A stretch of DNA of 64,000 bases from the human T2T-CHM13v2.0 reference genome, Homo sapiens. The notes under the pieces are model-generated. The model did not search any database and had not been told where the DNA came from. It saw only the letters and a list, made by a program, of their open reading frames with translations. Each line of letters starts with the position of its first letter. Within the stretch, counting starts at the first letter, position 1. The position numbers and the translations under genes are program-made. Positions 1-12,213 of the stretch are shown here, piece by piece. The DNA is taken from the NCBI RefSeq assembly GCF_009914755.1, contig NC_060943.1. One strand, 5' to 3'.

Positions 1-3000
1 TTTGAACCCAGCTCACAGTCACAGGGATGACTCTCATACCTGGACTCAGCCAATAGGAGATATGTTGACTCTCAGGCTTAGGGCAATGGGTAAGATCATG
101 AGCTTATATCAGCACTATATCTTATAGGAAATTTCAATTCTTATGCATCCTGCATAAAGCTCTGGGGTGGTATAGATTGTGTCATAACAGGGCTCAGCAC
201 GAGTGGGATTGAGACCCTTGTGTGCACATGCAGCCAAAAGTAAGAACTGTCACCCTCTCACATGGACACAGCCCACTGTTGAGGTTCTGAATCTCACATT
301 CAGGGGTATTCAAAAGTTGGAATTGTGATTCTCATAGGTAGATTTGATTAACAAGTAGGATGGTGACAGGTAGGATAGTTAGGATTGTATCTTCAGGCCA
401 AAATTTATCACACCTATGAGGCAGTGACTGCCCCCACTGAAACACTGTCCAGAGTTGGTGTTGGCTTTCTCAGGCACTGATCCAGTCCATGGTTAAAAAT
501 GTGATTCACATTCTTGAACATAACTCACAGGAGTAGTTGACTCTCATACCTGAAGCTGGGACAAGTGTGAGATTGTAAATCTTACGTCTGGACCTTCCCG
601 CGGGATGATCGTTACATATATCTTTGGCAGAGAACTGATGAATTTTGCTCTCCTGCAGAAGCCCTTTCTATAGTTGAGATTTTGACATACACCTTGGTGA
701 AGTATCTAGAATATGTGATGCTCCTGCCTGGGCTCTGCCCTCAGGGGGGATTGTGACATATCTCCAGGACATATATGTAGGTTATGTGCCTCTCCAATCC
801 TGCCTAGGCTGTTCCCAAAAAAGGCATTGCGACATGCCTGAACCCATCACCTATGTGATTTGACTCTTTTTTTTCCCCTGGGCCCTGCCCTCAGTGGGGA
901 TTGTGACATATCACTGGGCCCATCATTTCCATGATGTGACTTTTGTGTTCTGCTTTGACCCTGCTTGCAGGAGGATTGTGACATATAACTAGGCCCAGCA
1001 CCTGGGTGATGTGACTCTCATTTCCTGCCTGTGTTCTGCCAACAGAATAGATTGTGACATATAGCTGGGCCAAGCACCCAGGTGATGTGACTCCTGCCTA
1101 CAGTGGCCATTGTGACACATCTTCTTCCTGGGTCCTGTTTATGAGTGGGATTGTAACAAATCTTTGGCCAAGCACCAAAGTGATGTGACTCTCGTTTGGT
1201 TTCTGCTCACAGGAGGTATTGCGACATATATCTAGGCCAAGTTTAGAGGCGTAATGATAGCCCTCATACATGGACCCAGTCGATACAGGAGATTTGGCCT
1301 CTATTTTCTAGGCTTAGGGCAATGGGTAAGGTTCTGGGTGAAGAAGCATAAGGTTCTGGGTGAGGAAAGGTCACAAAAGATTATGACAAGCATATTCTCT
1401 AAAGCCCTTGTGTGACATTTAGAGATTACAGGATCCAGCACCCAAGTGAAATTACTACTCTTGTAGACAAACCCAGCTGACAATTAGGATTGTCACCCTC
1501 ACACATTGACAGAGCCACTGGTGAGGTCCTGAATCTCACAGGCACAGTCCACAATTGGAATTGTGACTTTCGTATGTGTACTGGGACAGTTGATATGGTG
1601 ACTTATTTTTGGAGCCAGCTTACAAGCACTGTGATGACTGTCATAAATATATCTGACCAATAAGAGAGATGTTGACACATACCTGGTAATAGAACAATGG
1701 GTACGATCATTGGTTCACACCAGCATGAAGATCTCAAAGCAGATTGTGACTGTCGCTCATACCACATAAAGCCCTTGGGTGGTACAGAGAGTGTCATAAC
1801 AGGACCCAGGACACAGGTGAAATTGTGACTTTCTTATGCACACTCAGCCAACAGTAAACATTGTCACCCTCCCAAATGGAAACCATCCACTGTTGAGGCT
1901 GTGAACCTCACATGTGCAGGTAGCCGAAAGTTGGAATTGTGACTTTCGTGAATACATCTTGTCCACAGGTAAGATAGTGACTCAAAGACCAGGATTCAGC
2001 ATGCCTGTGAGGCTGTGACTCGTATACTGAGAAACCTGCATTTAGAATTGTGGCTCTCATGCAGGGATGCAGTCCACTATTAAGACTGTGACTCATGTAC
2101 TTAGACCCAACTCACAGGAGGTCTTGACTCTCATACCTGGAGCCAGAAAATGCGTGAAAGTTTAAATTTTATTTCTGGATCTTTTGCTGGTGTATTTGCA
2201 ATATATACCTTTGTCCAATGCCTGAAATATTTGGTCCTCCTGCTGGGGAAAAGCCTGCAAATGGAATTGTGACATATACCTGAGCCCTCCATGTAAGTTA
2301 TTTTACTCTACTGCATAGGTCCTCAGGGGAGATTGTGATATATCACTGGGCCCATCACCTAGGTTAAATGATTATCTTCTTTGGCTGGGCCCTGCCAACA
2401 CCAAGAGTTGTGGCATATAACTGGACACATCACTTAAGTAATGTGACTCTCCTTTTCTGCTTGGGCCCTGTACACAGGGTGGATTGTGACATATTACTGT
2501 CACAATACTGTGTCCCGCACACAGGAAATGTAACTTTTCTAACTGAACCCTACCCACAAGAGGCATTGTGACATACTGTTAGGCCCAGTTCCCAGGTTAT
2601 GTGACTTCACTGCCATGGCCCTGCCCAGAGAGTGGATATTGACATCTTTTTGGTCCAGCATTCAGGTGATTTGATTATCTTGCCTATTCCATTCTCACAG
2701 GTTAAATTTCAAACTATGCGTGTTTCCCAGCTCACAGGCATTATGCCCATGCTCATATAGAAAACCAGACACTAGGAGTGATTTTGACTCTCTTAGCTAG
2801 ATTTTGAGCAGTGGGTAAAGTCCGAAGTCTCCTACATTTAGAAGGGTAACAAAAGTTGATAAAATGTGTGCATATTCTATAAATACTTTGAGTAATATAG
2901 ACAGTATAATAAGGGCCCAGCACATAGTGAGATTGTGACTCTCATAGGCATACCAAGCCAACAATTAGGATCATCACTTCCAAACATGACAGTAGCACAC

Positions 3001-3430
3001 TAGTGAGGTCCTGAACCTCACATGCAGGTGCAGTCCACAGTTAAAATTCTGATTGTCATATGTGGATCTGAGAACAGGTTGAATAGTGACTGATTTCCAG
3101 ACTTAGCTCAGAGGCACGGACTTGCATACCCAGACCTAGCCATAGGAGATATGTTGACTCTCACAGGTAGCCTTAAAACAATGGGAAAGGTCCTGGGCTT
3201 TCTACTTGTATGAAGGTCACAAAAGATTACAAAACTCATGCAAATTTTATGACCCCCTTGTGTGGTACAGAGAGTGTCATAACAGATCCCAGCACAAAGT
3301 TAAAATTGTGATTCTCATAGGCATACCCAGCCAACAGTGAGGATTGTCACTCTCACACATCAACAGAGACCACTGACGAGGTCCTGCATATGGCATGTGG
3401 ATGCAGTCCACGGTTCAAATTGTATTGTTC
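1..3430. repeat. Divergent beta-satellite-like (BSR) block typical of spacers between 19p12 ZNF genes; truncated by window start
   Basis: Recurring ~35/70-bp motifs (GGATTGTGACATAT...GATGTGACTCT; TGACTCTCATA) and ~370-bp units (CCACTGnTGAGGTnnTGAAnCTCACA at ~270, ~1515, ~1885, ~2995, ~3370); ends abruptly at ~3430 where AT-rich sequence begins. Confidence 0.8.
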
Positions 3431-3789
3431 ACACTCATCTGTCACTGGGTGCTGGGTTCATGATATATGCATTTTGTAAAAATTTATAAAGCTGTTATTT
3501 TATAATATATGTGCTTTTTATGGGTGTAAAATTAAAAACATAATTTTTGATTTTTCTATTTATCTCATGTTTCTTCCACAATCAATTTTTGTCACATACT
3601 TTTCTGGAAAATAGATAATTTCATCTAAATTTTCAAGTTTAATGTCATGACATTTTAAAAAATATTATGTTTGAATCTTGAATGTATCTCTAAATATCCT
3701 CTTTTGTCTTTTGTAAAATTTTTCTCCTCTTGAAATAGTTTATCTACTTTATTATTACATTCAAAGAACAGCACTAATTTTACTCAGAT

Positions 3790-3882
3790 GTTATTATCCC
3801 TGAGTAACAAATGAGTCGGAGAAGTCGAGAAACTTGCCCAAGGTTACACAGGTACTCTGAGCCTGCTCTTCTAACCACTGAA
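3790..3882 (+). mobile_element. MIR SINE fragment
   Basis: TATTATCCC...ACTTGCCCAAGGTTACACAG...CTCTTCTAACCACT resembles the MIR core. Confidence 0.55.
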
Positions 3883-4062
3883 CACATGGTGTCATCCAGG
3901 AAACACATATGCAATACTATTTCTAAAGGTACATAAAATCACATTATACACATGCAAATATGTGTAAAGATAAAATGAACTTATACAGTGTTTACCTGCA
4001 GAAAAGTCACTGGTTGAGGGTGTAGAAGGTCACATGGAAGAAGCCTTCTCTGTTTTTACTGT

Positions 4063-4161
4063 TGTTTTGTTGTTTTTGTAGAGATAAGGTCTTGCTATAT
4101 TGTCTAGGCTGTTCTCAATCTCAGCTCAAGCAATCCTCCTGCTTCAGCCTCCCAATGTGCT
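4063..4161 (-). mobile_element. Old Alu left-monomer fragment (FLAM/AluJ)
   Basis: TTGTAGAGATAAGGTCTTGCTATATTG...CTCAAGCAATCCTCCTGCTTCAGCCTCCCAA. Confidence 0.75.
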
Positions 4162-4189
4162 CTCTGTCATATTTTTAAAATTACTTATT

Positions 4190-4372
4190 GGGTCAAGTGT
4201 GCTGGCTCATGCCTGTAATCACAACATTTTGGGAGGCCAAGGGGAAAAGATTGCTTGAGTTCAGGCATTTAAGACAAGCCTGGGCAACATAGTGAGACCT
4301 CATCTCAACTAAAAATAGAAAAAAATAGCTGGGCACGGTGGCTCACGCCTGTAATCTCATCACTTTGGGAAG
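4190..4372 (+). mobile_element. AluJ-like partial element
   Basis: GGCTCATGCCTGTAATC...GCCTGGGCAACATAGTGAGACC, A-rich linker, start of a second monomer. Confidence 0.8.
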
Positions 4373-5664
4373 CTTTTTCTTCAAAGATTAAAAACAAATC
4401 TTGGTGTCTGGCAGCCAGGTAACGTGAGGGCAGGAGGCAGAAACTTGCAATCCATGGGGTGCGTTGGCTTTTTCAACATTATTTTTCTCCCCGACTACAC
4501 AGAAAATTTCTTCAGTGTTTGATCTTATGCATCTTTGAATCCAAACATCTCATTCTTTGCCTTATACATATTAAAAATGTATTCACAGTTCATAAAACAT
4601 AATCAATCTATCAAAAAATATTCCAAACTAAAAACATTCTTTTTATAGAACCTAGTAATGCACCTTAATTCCTTACAATTTGTGTTGAGAATTACTAGTA
4701 TTATGATGTTTTCTAACATGTATCAAGTACTTTTAGATGTTTAGCACTTGAGATATATTATAAAAACCTTCTCAATATTAACCTGGGACTCCAAAGAATA
4801 TGTATGGCCCAAACAGTTGTTTTCTTCCCAACACCAAGGAATGGCATACAAGATTGTCTTCAAGTTGAGGACAGGTCATAAAGAAAAATTTTTAAAAAGA
4901 GAAAAAAAAATCTGCAAACTTGTTTCTACACATGGGTCTTACATACATTTCTTCATCAATTATATTAATTCTGAATGAACCATATTACCTGAAGTTGTAC
5001 AAATAATTGCTTCAAATTGTAGAATCCCCAGGAAACAGAAAGAAGCAAAAGCAAACACTCCCAAAGAAAGTTACATCTATTCCAGACCTTGATGAACCTT
5101 GCAAACAATTTTCCATTATGTGCAATGACTAGCAAGCAAGCAAGCAAATATGACAAAGTTCACAATAAATAAGATCGTGTGAAAGACACCAGAAAAAAAA
5201 AACATAACAGAAACAAATCTGCAAAGACATCCAATATTAGAATTATCAGACACAAAAAATCAAAAACAACTATGCTTACCATATCTAAAAAAGACAAATG
5301 AACGTATATGCAGGAAAGAAGAAACTATATAAAGATTCTAAAAATAAGTTGTAAAATGAATAATACAATAACTAAAATAAAAACTAACCACATTTGAACT
5401 TACATGTACAAGACAGAACCAGTAAACTAGATGCTAGATCAGTAGAAATTAACACATATGCAACAAATATCAGTGCCAGAAAAATATCTGGTAAGTATTC
5501 TAAGCATTCAAAATTTAAAACTGAAAAGCATAAGGTTGATACTATTTAACCTTTCTAAAAATTAGAATAGGTAAAAATACTGCACAACTCAATTCCTGAG
5601 TTAACATCAAAGCTTGACGGAGACAAAACAAGGACAATGATAGACAATCTCATTCATAAAGACA

Positions 5665-5953
5665 ATTTTTTTTTGAGACTGTGTCTCACTCTGATGCCCT
5701 GGCTGGAGTGCAGTGGCCCAATCTCGACTCACTGAAACCTCTGCCTCCCAGGTTCAAGCAATTCTCCTGCCTCAGCCTCCTGAGTAGCTGGGATTACAGG
5801 CACATGCCAGCATGCCTGGCTAATTTTTGTATTTTTAGTAGAGACAAGGTTTTACCATGTTGGTCAGGCTGGTCTTGAACTCCTGACCTCATGATCCACC
5901 TGCCTTGGTCTTCCAAAGTGCTGGGATTACAGGTGTGAACCATCGCACCCAGT
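5665..5953 (-). mobile_element. AluS
   Basis: T-tail, GAGAC...CTCCTGACCTCATGATCCACC...GGATTACAGG; full dimer. Confidence 0.9.
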
Positions 5954-6249
5954 CAAGACAAAAATTTTTTAAACCAATTACAAACAAAGTGACTCTTTCT
6001 CGGTATAAAATGAATAAAACCATCAATAAGTTTATCTCAAGAGTACAGGATAAGTTGAACATTGTATAATCTACATGTCTACATAAAATAGGCACAGAAT
6101 AAGAGCTTGGTAACTAGAAATAAAAGAATATTTTATTTTATTTTCTAAATATACAAGGTATTTCAAATAAAGTACAGCAAATGTACATAACTACTGAAAG
6201 TTTGTCTTTTAATGTCATAAACATAATAATTATGTTGGTGTTCAAGATT

Positions 6250-6255
6250 TTTATT
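6250..6255 (-). terminator. Candidate AATAAA poly(A) signal for minus-strand transcripts crossing the MTDH retrocopy
   Basis: TTTATT on + strand ~730 bp downstream of the minus-strand ORF stop at 6984; use is inferred. Confidence 0.35.
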
Positions 6256-6444
6256 AAACATTGCATCCATGGTTTCAGCCAACAGGTTAAAATGAGAAAT
6301 CAGTTACACAATTATACTGGAAAAGCAGAACTAGTCAATAAACTAATAGCTAAACTATTGGTTCTACCTAGGTAGATTGGATCCTTGCAAAGCAACTAAC
6401 ACAAAAATTGTTCATGTATATCGAGGATTTAAAACTTCTAGGAG

Positions 6445-6538
6445 AGGCTCGGTGGGGTGGCTCATACCTGTAATCCCACCACTTTGGGAGGCTGAGGTGG
6501 CAGATCACGAGGTGGGGAGTTCGAGAACAACCTGGCCA
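6445..6538 (+). mobile_element. Alu 5' fragment
   Basis: GGCTCATACCTGTAATCCCACCACTTTGGGAGGCTGAGGTGGCAGATCACGAGG. Confidence 0.8.
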
Positions 6539-7019
6539 ATTTTATGTAGCAAGACTGAAAGTTTTATAAGAGTAAAGAGCAATATTTTTTTCTCCATTTT
6601 ATCTCCTAAAGCTAGCAAGAAGTATGGCACAACGTGTGTGCTCAACACACATTTATCATTTAAATGAATAAATACATCCCCTTTGTAAATGGTCAAGCTA
6701 TGCAAACCAAGACTTTTTTAGTTATTATTGTTTAGTTGATAGAATCAAATCTAAAGCAATAAACTGTAAAATTCAGAAAGCACTATTAAAAGTTTGATGT
6801 TACCTCATCATTCTTAGGTAAAATAGAGTAAAAATTTTAGTCTCTAAGTTTGTGACCATTAAAAAATTAAATTGCCACGTGAGAATGAAAAATGAACTCT
6901 CACTTTAGGCGAGCATAATTTGAGAGGAAAAGGCGAAAAAGAAAAGAAAAACTGAAAACTCGATTGGGTCAGATATGCCAGTTCTACTCTCTCTCTCTAT
7001 ATATATTTTGGAAATAGTT

Positions 7020-7934
7020 CCCTCCTCTCCTGAAGCAGAGGGAGGCTGGCTGGGGGATCCTGGGTCCCTCTGTCCTCCCCGCGGTGGCAGTGGCTGATCT
7101 CTGCTCAGGCGTGAGGGGTGCGGCCGTGCGCTGGGCTTGAGCCTGCCCGGCCCAGCCCCTCCTCACTTCCCTGGACTCCTCACGGTGTCTACGGGCCCCT
7201 GCACAATCCTGAGCGTCCCTCTGATGGAAGGGGAGGTGGCAGCAGAAAGCCAGTGGGAGAAACTGGCCCCGCAGGTCGAGGAGGGCTCGGCCAGCTGTGG
7301 GAAATGCTCTGGTTGACCTCGGATTTCTGCGCACTAAGCTGAGCCGCGACCCCGGCTTTGAGCCGAGGCATCCCCGGGCTGGGCGACCGTGGGCGTGGGC
7401 GCTCCGGCTGCTGCGGCGGTTCCTGCTGTGCTCAGCTGGGTCACGACTGGAACTGGTGCCCTCCGGAAGTGAAGGAGGTGCCCCGCAGAGGAGGCGGTAG
7501 CCGTGGTCCCTGTAAACCAGGCCTTGCTGACAAATGTCAGACGCCAAGAACAGAAGAACGGAGAGCTTCAGCCAAATGGAGGAACTGCTGGAGCGGCTGA
7601 GGGTGAAGCTGCCCAAACTCCTCAAAGTGGAGCAGCAAAGCAAACACCAGAGAAGGACAAGAAAAATGAAAGTCAAAGAAAATGAGCAGAAACCAAAGGC
7701 AGACGCTAACGCAGTGCAAAACAGTTCACATCATGATAGAAAGAGTTGATGAGTCTCGGAAACTAATCTTAGTGACAGAACGAAAGGACAGCAGTGAACA
7801 TGGTAAGGTGCTGACGATTCTGGTCCACTGGATCCCACCATCCCTAGGACAGTAAATACCATCACAGTCACCACACAGTGAGTTACAACTGCACCATTTC
7901 CTGTTTATTCCTAAATGAATAAAGGTGATTCTCA
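7020..7934 (+). pseudogene. MTDHP4: MTDH (metadherin/AEG-1/LYRIC) processed pseudogene: 5' UTR plus N-terminal ~250 codons, frameshifted; probably the copy annotated MTDHP4
   Basis: Translated pieces in different frames match MTDH: VDLGFLRTKLSRDPGFEP (cf. VGLGFLRTELGLDLGLEP), PNGGTAGAAEGEAAQTPQSGAAKQTPEKDKKNE (cf. PNGRTVEVAEGEAVRTPQSVTAKQPPEIDKKNE), KADANAVQNSSHHDRK; no introns; start codon is GTG at 7236. The copy number in the symbol is from recalled locus position and is less certain than the MTDH call. Confidence 0.88.
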
Positions 7935-9055
7935 ACACAAGTGCAAATAAAAAGTTATTTGTTTTTTTTAAACTAAAGTGTCATGCTTTAGCTTTTTTTT
8001 TTTTGAGTTCTTATAATTTTGAAAATGAAGTTGACATTTGTATGGCTTATGAAGTTTTTGATAGTCTTGCATTAGTTGAATTGTTCAAAGTAAGTATATT
8101 TTAAACTAAGAAGAGTCAATTGTATTTGTTTTACATATTAAAGGCTCAAAGTAACAAATAATGTATCTGTTTATGATTTGAAAAGTTCAAAGTTTGATTA
8201 TTTATCCGTACATACACAGAATAGTGTATCGTGCTAAAACATTTGTTTTTTAAAAGTGGCAGCCATAGTTCCTGCCTGCCTGGATATATTTTGGACTTTA
8301 GTATGTTAAAGACAACGTAAAAAAAAAACTTTATTATGTTTTAGAAAATCTAAGATTGGTATACACAAACTTTACAAATTGCTGTAGGGTTCAGCAAACT
8401 ATGTTTATAATGTGACATTAATACCTCTACATTTTGATGTGTAAATCTTTCTTGAGAAAAGATTGTTTTTTAAAAAAATGTCTACAAATTCAGGCTTCAG
8501 TTATAAAATGACAAAATAGTAAAGAAATGAGTGGTTTGCCGTATGATATGAATACAGGCATTCAATTAAAATACCAAATATTTTAATGAAAAGTTTTTAG
8601 ACAATAGACTTAAATAATTTCTTGATATTTTACTACAGTAATAAATATTCACAAATATTTTATAAATCATATCTATTAGTACTAGGTTTTACTTAATAGT
8701 AGTATATATATAAGATCAAAGATCTGTTAAAAATAGATATGTTTATCAGTAATTTGGTGTTTCTAAATACCCAGAAGTCTTGTTTTAATCAGATTAGCTC
8801 TGGGGATAGTTTACTAATTTTATTTTAGAAACAGTGTATTCAAAGTTTTCTAGTTTAACCTAATATTGATTGATGATGGGTAAACAAATCTCTTCTTGCT
8901 AATCCCATAGGTTTATTAAATTGTTGAAGATATTTTTAATTTAAAAATTCTGTCTTCAATGTTGTTTACAGGGATTTAGGTCTAGTTTAACCTGCTCAAC
9001 CTGTTAATCAGTGTAGGTGCCAGATTCCAATTTATTTTCAGTGTGTTTGTATGAC

Positions 9056-9366
9056 TTTTCTTTCTTTCTTTTCTTTCTTTTTTTCAGACAGAGTCTTGCA
9101 CTGTCATCCGGGCTGGAATGCAATGGTGCAATCTTGGTTCACTGCAACCTCCGCCTCCTGGGTTCACACAATTCTCCTGCCTCAGCCCCCTGAGTAGCTG
9201 GTATTACAGGTGCACACCACCACAGCCAGCTAATTTTTTTGTATTTTTAGTAGAGATGGGGTTTCACTATGTTGGCCAGACTGGTCTGGAACTCCTGACC
9301 TTGTGATCTACCACTGCCAGCCTCCCAAAGTGCTAGGATTACAGGTGTGAGCCACCGCACCTGACC
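9056..9366 (-). mobile_element. AluS
   Basis: (TTTC)n tail and full Alu dimer. Confidence 0.9.
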
Positions 9367-11272
9367 AACTTTGGTCTTTGAATAAAATGTCTATTAACAA
9401 AGACAAATTTCTGCACATTTATCAAGTTGCTTGTAGTAACTCGAAACGTAATATATCCAAAATTCTCCTGTTATTGTCTGAGAAAACAGATTCTACTGTT
9501 ACCTGAAAAATCAACTGGAAGGCACTTTTATAACCTTGCACCACGTAAGAAAAAAACTGCAATGCAGTAGTAATAAGTGTAGATACATCAAATGAAAAAT
9601 GGTAATCGAGAATGTCACTTTCAATGTTTGAGTATTTGGACTTTGGTTTTAAAAAATGTAGTAAAATAGAGCTTTTGGTAAGCTTTCTGTAGATTAACAT
9701 TATCATAAATTAGGAAAAAATCCTTTAAAATGTAAATAAACAAAAAAATACACCGAACAACAACAACAACAAAAAACTAAGATCCAGCAGTGCATACATA
9801 TTTGTCCTTATTTTGGGAGAGTATGAAACAGACCATTGCATGAACTTTATACAGATGTTTTGCCACAGTGGCATACTAATAAAAATGATTTATCTTTAAT
9901 TTGAATTAACATGTCCACATCTTAAAAATACTGCTTTGTACTAAGAATAATAAATGTAAAAGTCTTTATACACAGGAGGATCCTGATCCTCAACTAAACA
10001 TATGTGGCAACCCATTCCTCTGTTTCTTCCAAACTGAAGCCTGACTAAGGCTTAAATATAGAGTGAGAGAGACTCATTAACAGGACATGTGAAACAAAAA
10101 AAATGAGATAGGATGGTCATTTCTAAGGCTCAGCAATTGCCTGGGGGACCTCAATATAATGATATCAACTATGAGTCTTACTGGGTAAAAATAAACATAA
10201 AAAGCTGAGAACATCATGACTTTAATTTGGTGGAATAGAGTCTCTGGAATTATACACAGTTGTGCTAAAAGTATTGAGCCAGAATGATATGTATCTGAGG
10301 ATTATTAAAGGGAATATTTACAAACACAAAAGTATTTGTTCCATATCTTGTTACAGTAGCAGTACTCTTGTCTGTAATGTCAGCTTCCCCAAGCTACAGA
10401 TGCCATAGACAAACTAAGACTTAGTGTCTAATATGTTGTTTGCAGTTAGTTTCTAAATTTAAAAAACTTGCAATAATTTTATGAATTTCATTAAACGCTG
10501 TTTCATGTATAAATCTCACTAAAAGGCACTATTCAGTAGATATTTCCCTCAGTCTTTTCTGGGATTTTCTGCTCCTTGTTTCCAAACCAACCTTATTTGA
10601 ATCCTAGTCATTTCTGAAGCCCAATATGTAATAACAGAAAGAAAGCAGAAATGAAGCCAAGTTACCCCAACCAGTCCATGCCTAATATATTTGGCTCCCC
10701 AAATGAACCAAAAACCACACAAGCTAAACAACAGTGGATTTAAAATTCAACCTAAATTCAACAGTAGTTGTCAAAATCATATGCAAAAATTAGCAAAGTC
10801 ACAATGTAGAAACCCTTAACCTGTTATTCCACAACAAATCATCAAATTCTTATTTTGGCATTTTTAGAAAAAATAAATATATTACATATGACAAAATATA
10901 CCCACTCACTTATAATAAAATATTTTGAAATATGCATGGTTTTATTCTTATTCTTAAATATATACTATATTATTTAGACAAGACTTTCAGTAAAAAATAC
11001 TTACAGCTACCGTGTATGAATTAAAACAGCTATGGGAAAATAGGATTTTTAGTTAATAATGAAGATTGAAGCTCCAATGATGTAAAGTATTGTTTCCTGG
11101 GCACACAGCTAATTACCCAAATCAAGCTGAAATATGTTTGATTTAAAAATGTTAATTTTCCCACTGTTGACAATGTTGACATAACAGCTAAATCTTAGTC
11201 TCAGAGCTGGTAGTTTGGAATAAATCAAGACAAGTACTATTGAGGAAGGATGGGTAGTCAAGAAAGTGACTA

Positions 11273-11846
11273 TGTCTTTGGGATGCAGCAAACATGGCCA
11301 TTGTACAGTGGCTGCATATTGCCAACACAATAAGCCCCAGCATTCACATTGTATTCCAGCTTATTCAAGCAAAGCTCTCTCCAATAGAGAAACTCCCCTG
11401 TAAACAGCATGCACATTTTGATTTTACCTTTCCTCAAACTGACCTTTTACTCATTATAATAGTAAAAAGCACACCTGTGGGTGGAGATTTAAGATGCTAG
11501 TGAGATGTGAAAAATGAACAAGCATGTACAGCTACTGTGTCCGTGCATCAAGAGGGCCATCCAGAACATGCTTACTAATAACACCACTTTCCACCTCTTT
11601 ATAAATAATTATATAAGACTCCCATAAAAAAGTCCCTAGTTCCAGTCTTTGCTTTCTCATTCCATAAGCAACACACCCTGAATCCCTTCTCTCTCAAGAT
11701 GTACTGGGTATTCTGCACCTAACCTTTAAAATAGACTTACTCCTTTGCAATAAATTACTTTATGCTGCATCTTCTTTGTGTTTGTCTCTTGTTTAATTTT
11801 TTTTGAAACTAAGGCAACAACTGAGGTTTCAGAAAAGCCATTCACA
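11273..11846 (+). mobile_element. ERV1-class solo LTR (family not assigned)
   Basis: TG...CA ends, TATA-like TATATAAG ~11610, AATAAA ~11749, CTAT/ACTA repeated at both edges. Confidence 0.65.
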
Positions 11847-12213
11847 CTATCATGCTTTGTTTTGTATTTTTTGTTATCAACATTTTTTCTCTTATATGTC
11901 AATATTCACATTTTAAACACAGTCAACACTGCTAAATTGAAAATTTAAATGACCACAAAATAATTTATCATAAAAGCATGTATATCTCTCATGTTTCACC
12001 TTCACCACACTATCTATTCAACTTTTTAAAAAAATTTGATGGTCAAATACATATATCAAATTTAATATTTTATTTAATAATTTGAATTCAATTCCAAAAT
12101 GATTTATATGGAAGTATATTGTTATATTTACTTTTGACCAAATTTGGCTTTCCAAGCTAAGGTAAAACTAAAGCATGTTTTCAATGTGTTAAGGAACTTA
12201 ACCTTACTAGCAT

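Larger units (their letters stand above)
7935..12200 (+). pseudogene. Probable MTDH 3' UTR-derived continuation of the retrocopy, interrupted by an Alu and an LTR
   Basis: CACAAGTGCAAATAAAAAGT...TATGGCTTATGAAG...TTGTTCAAAGTA resembles my recollection of the MTDH 3' UTR; AT-rich non-repetitive sequence; right boundary uncertain. Confidence 0.5.

Noticed and set aside
891-2571. Short ORFs in the satellite block
   Set aside because: Chance frames in tandem repeat
4380-5080. Unique-looking segments (also 25530-26840) that might be further retrocopy fragments
   Set aside because: No recognisable homology, ORF, poly(A) tail or TSD; needs BLAST
6876-6881. CACGTG E-box as copied MTDH promoter
   Set aside because: Single hexamer in AT-rich flank; a processed copy would not carry the promoter
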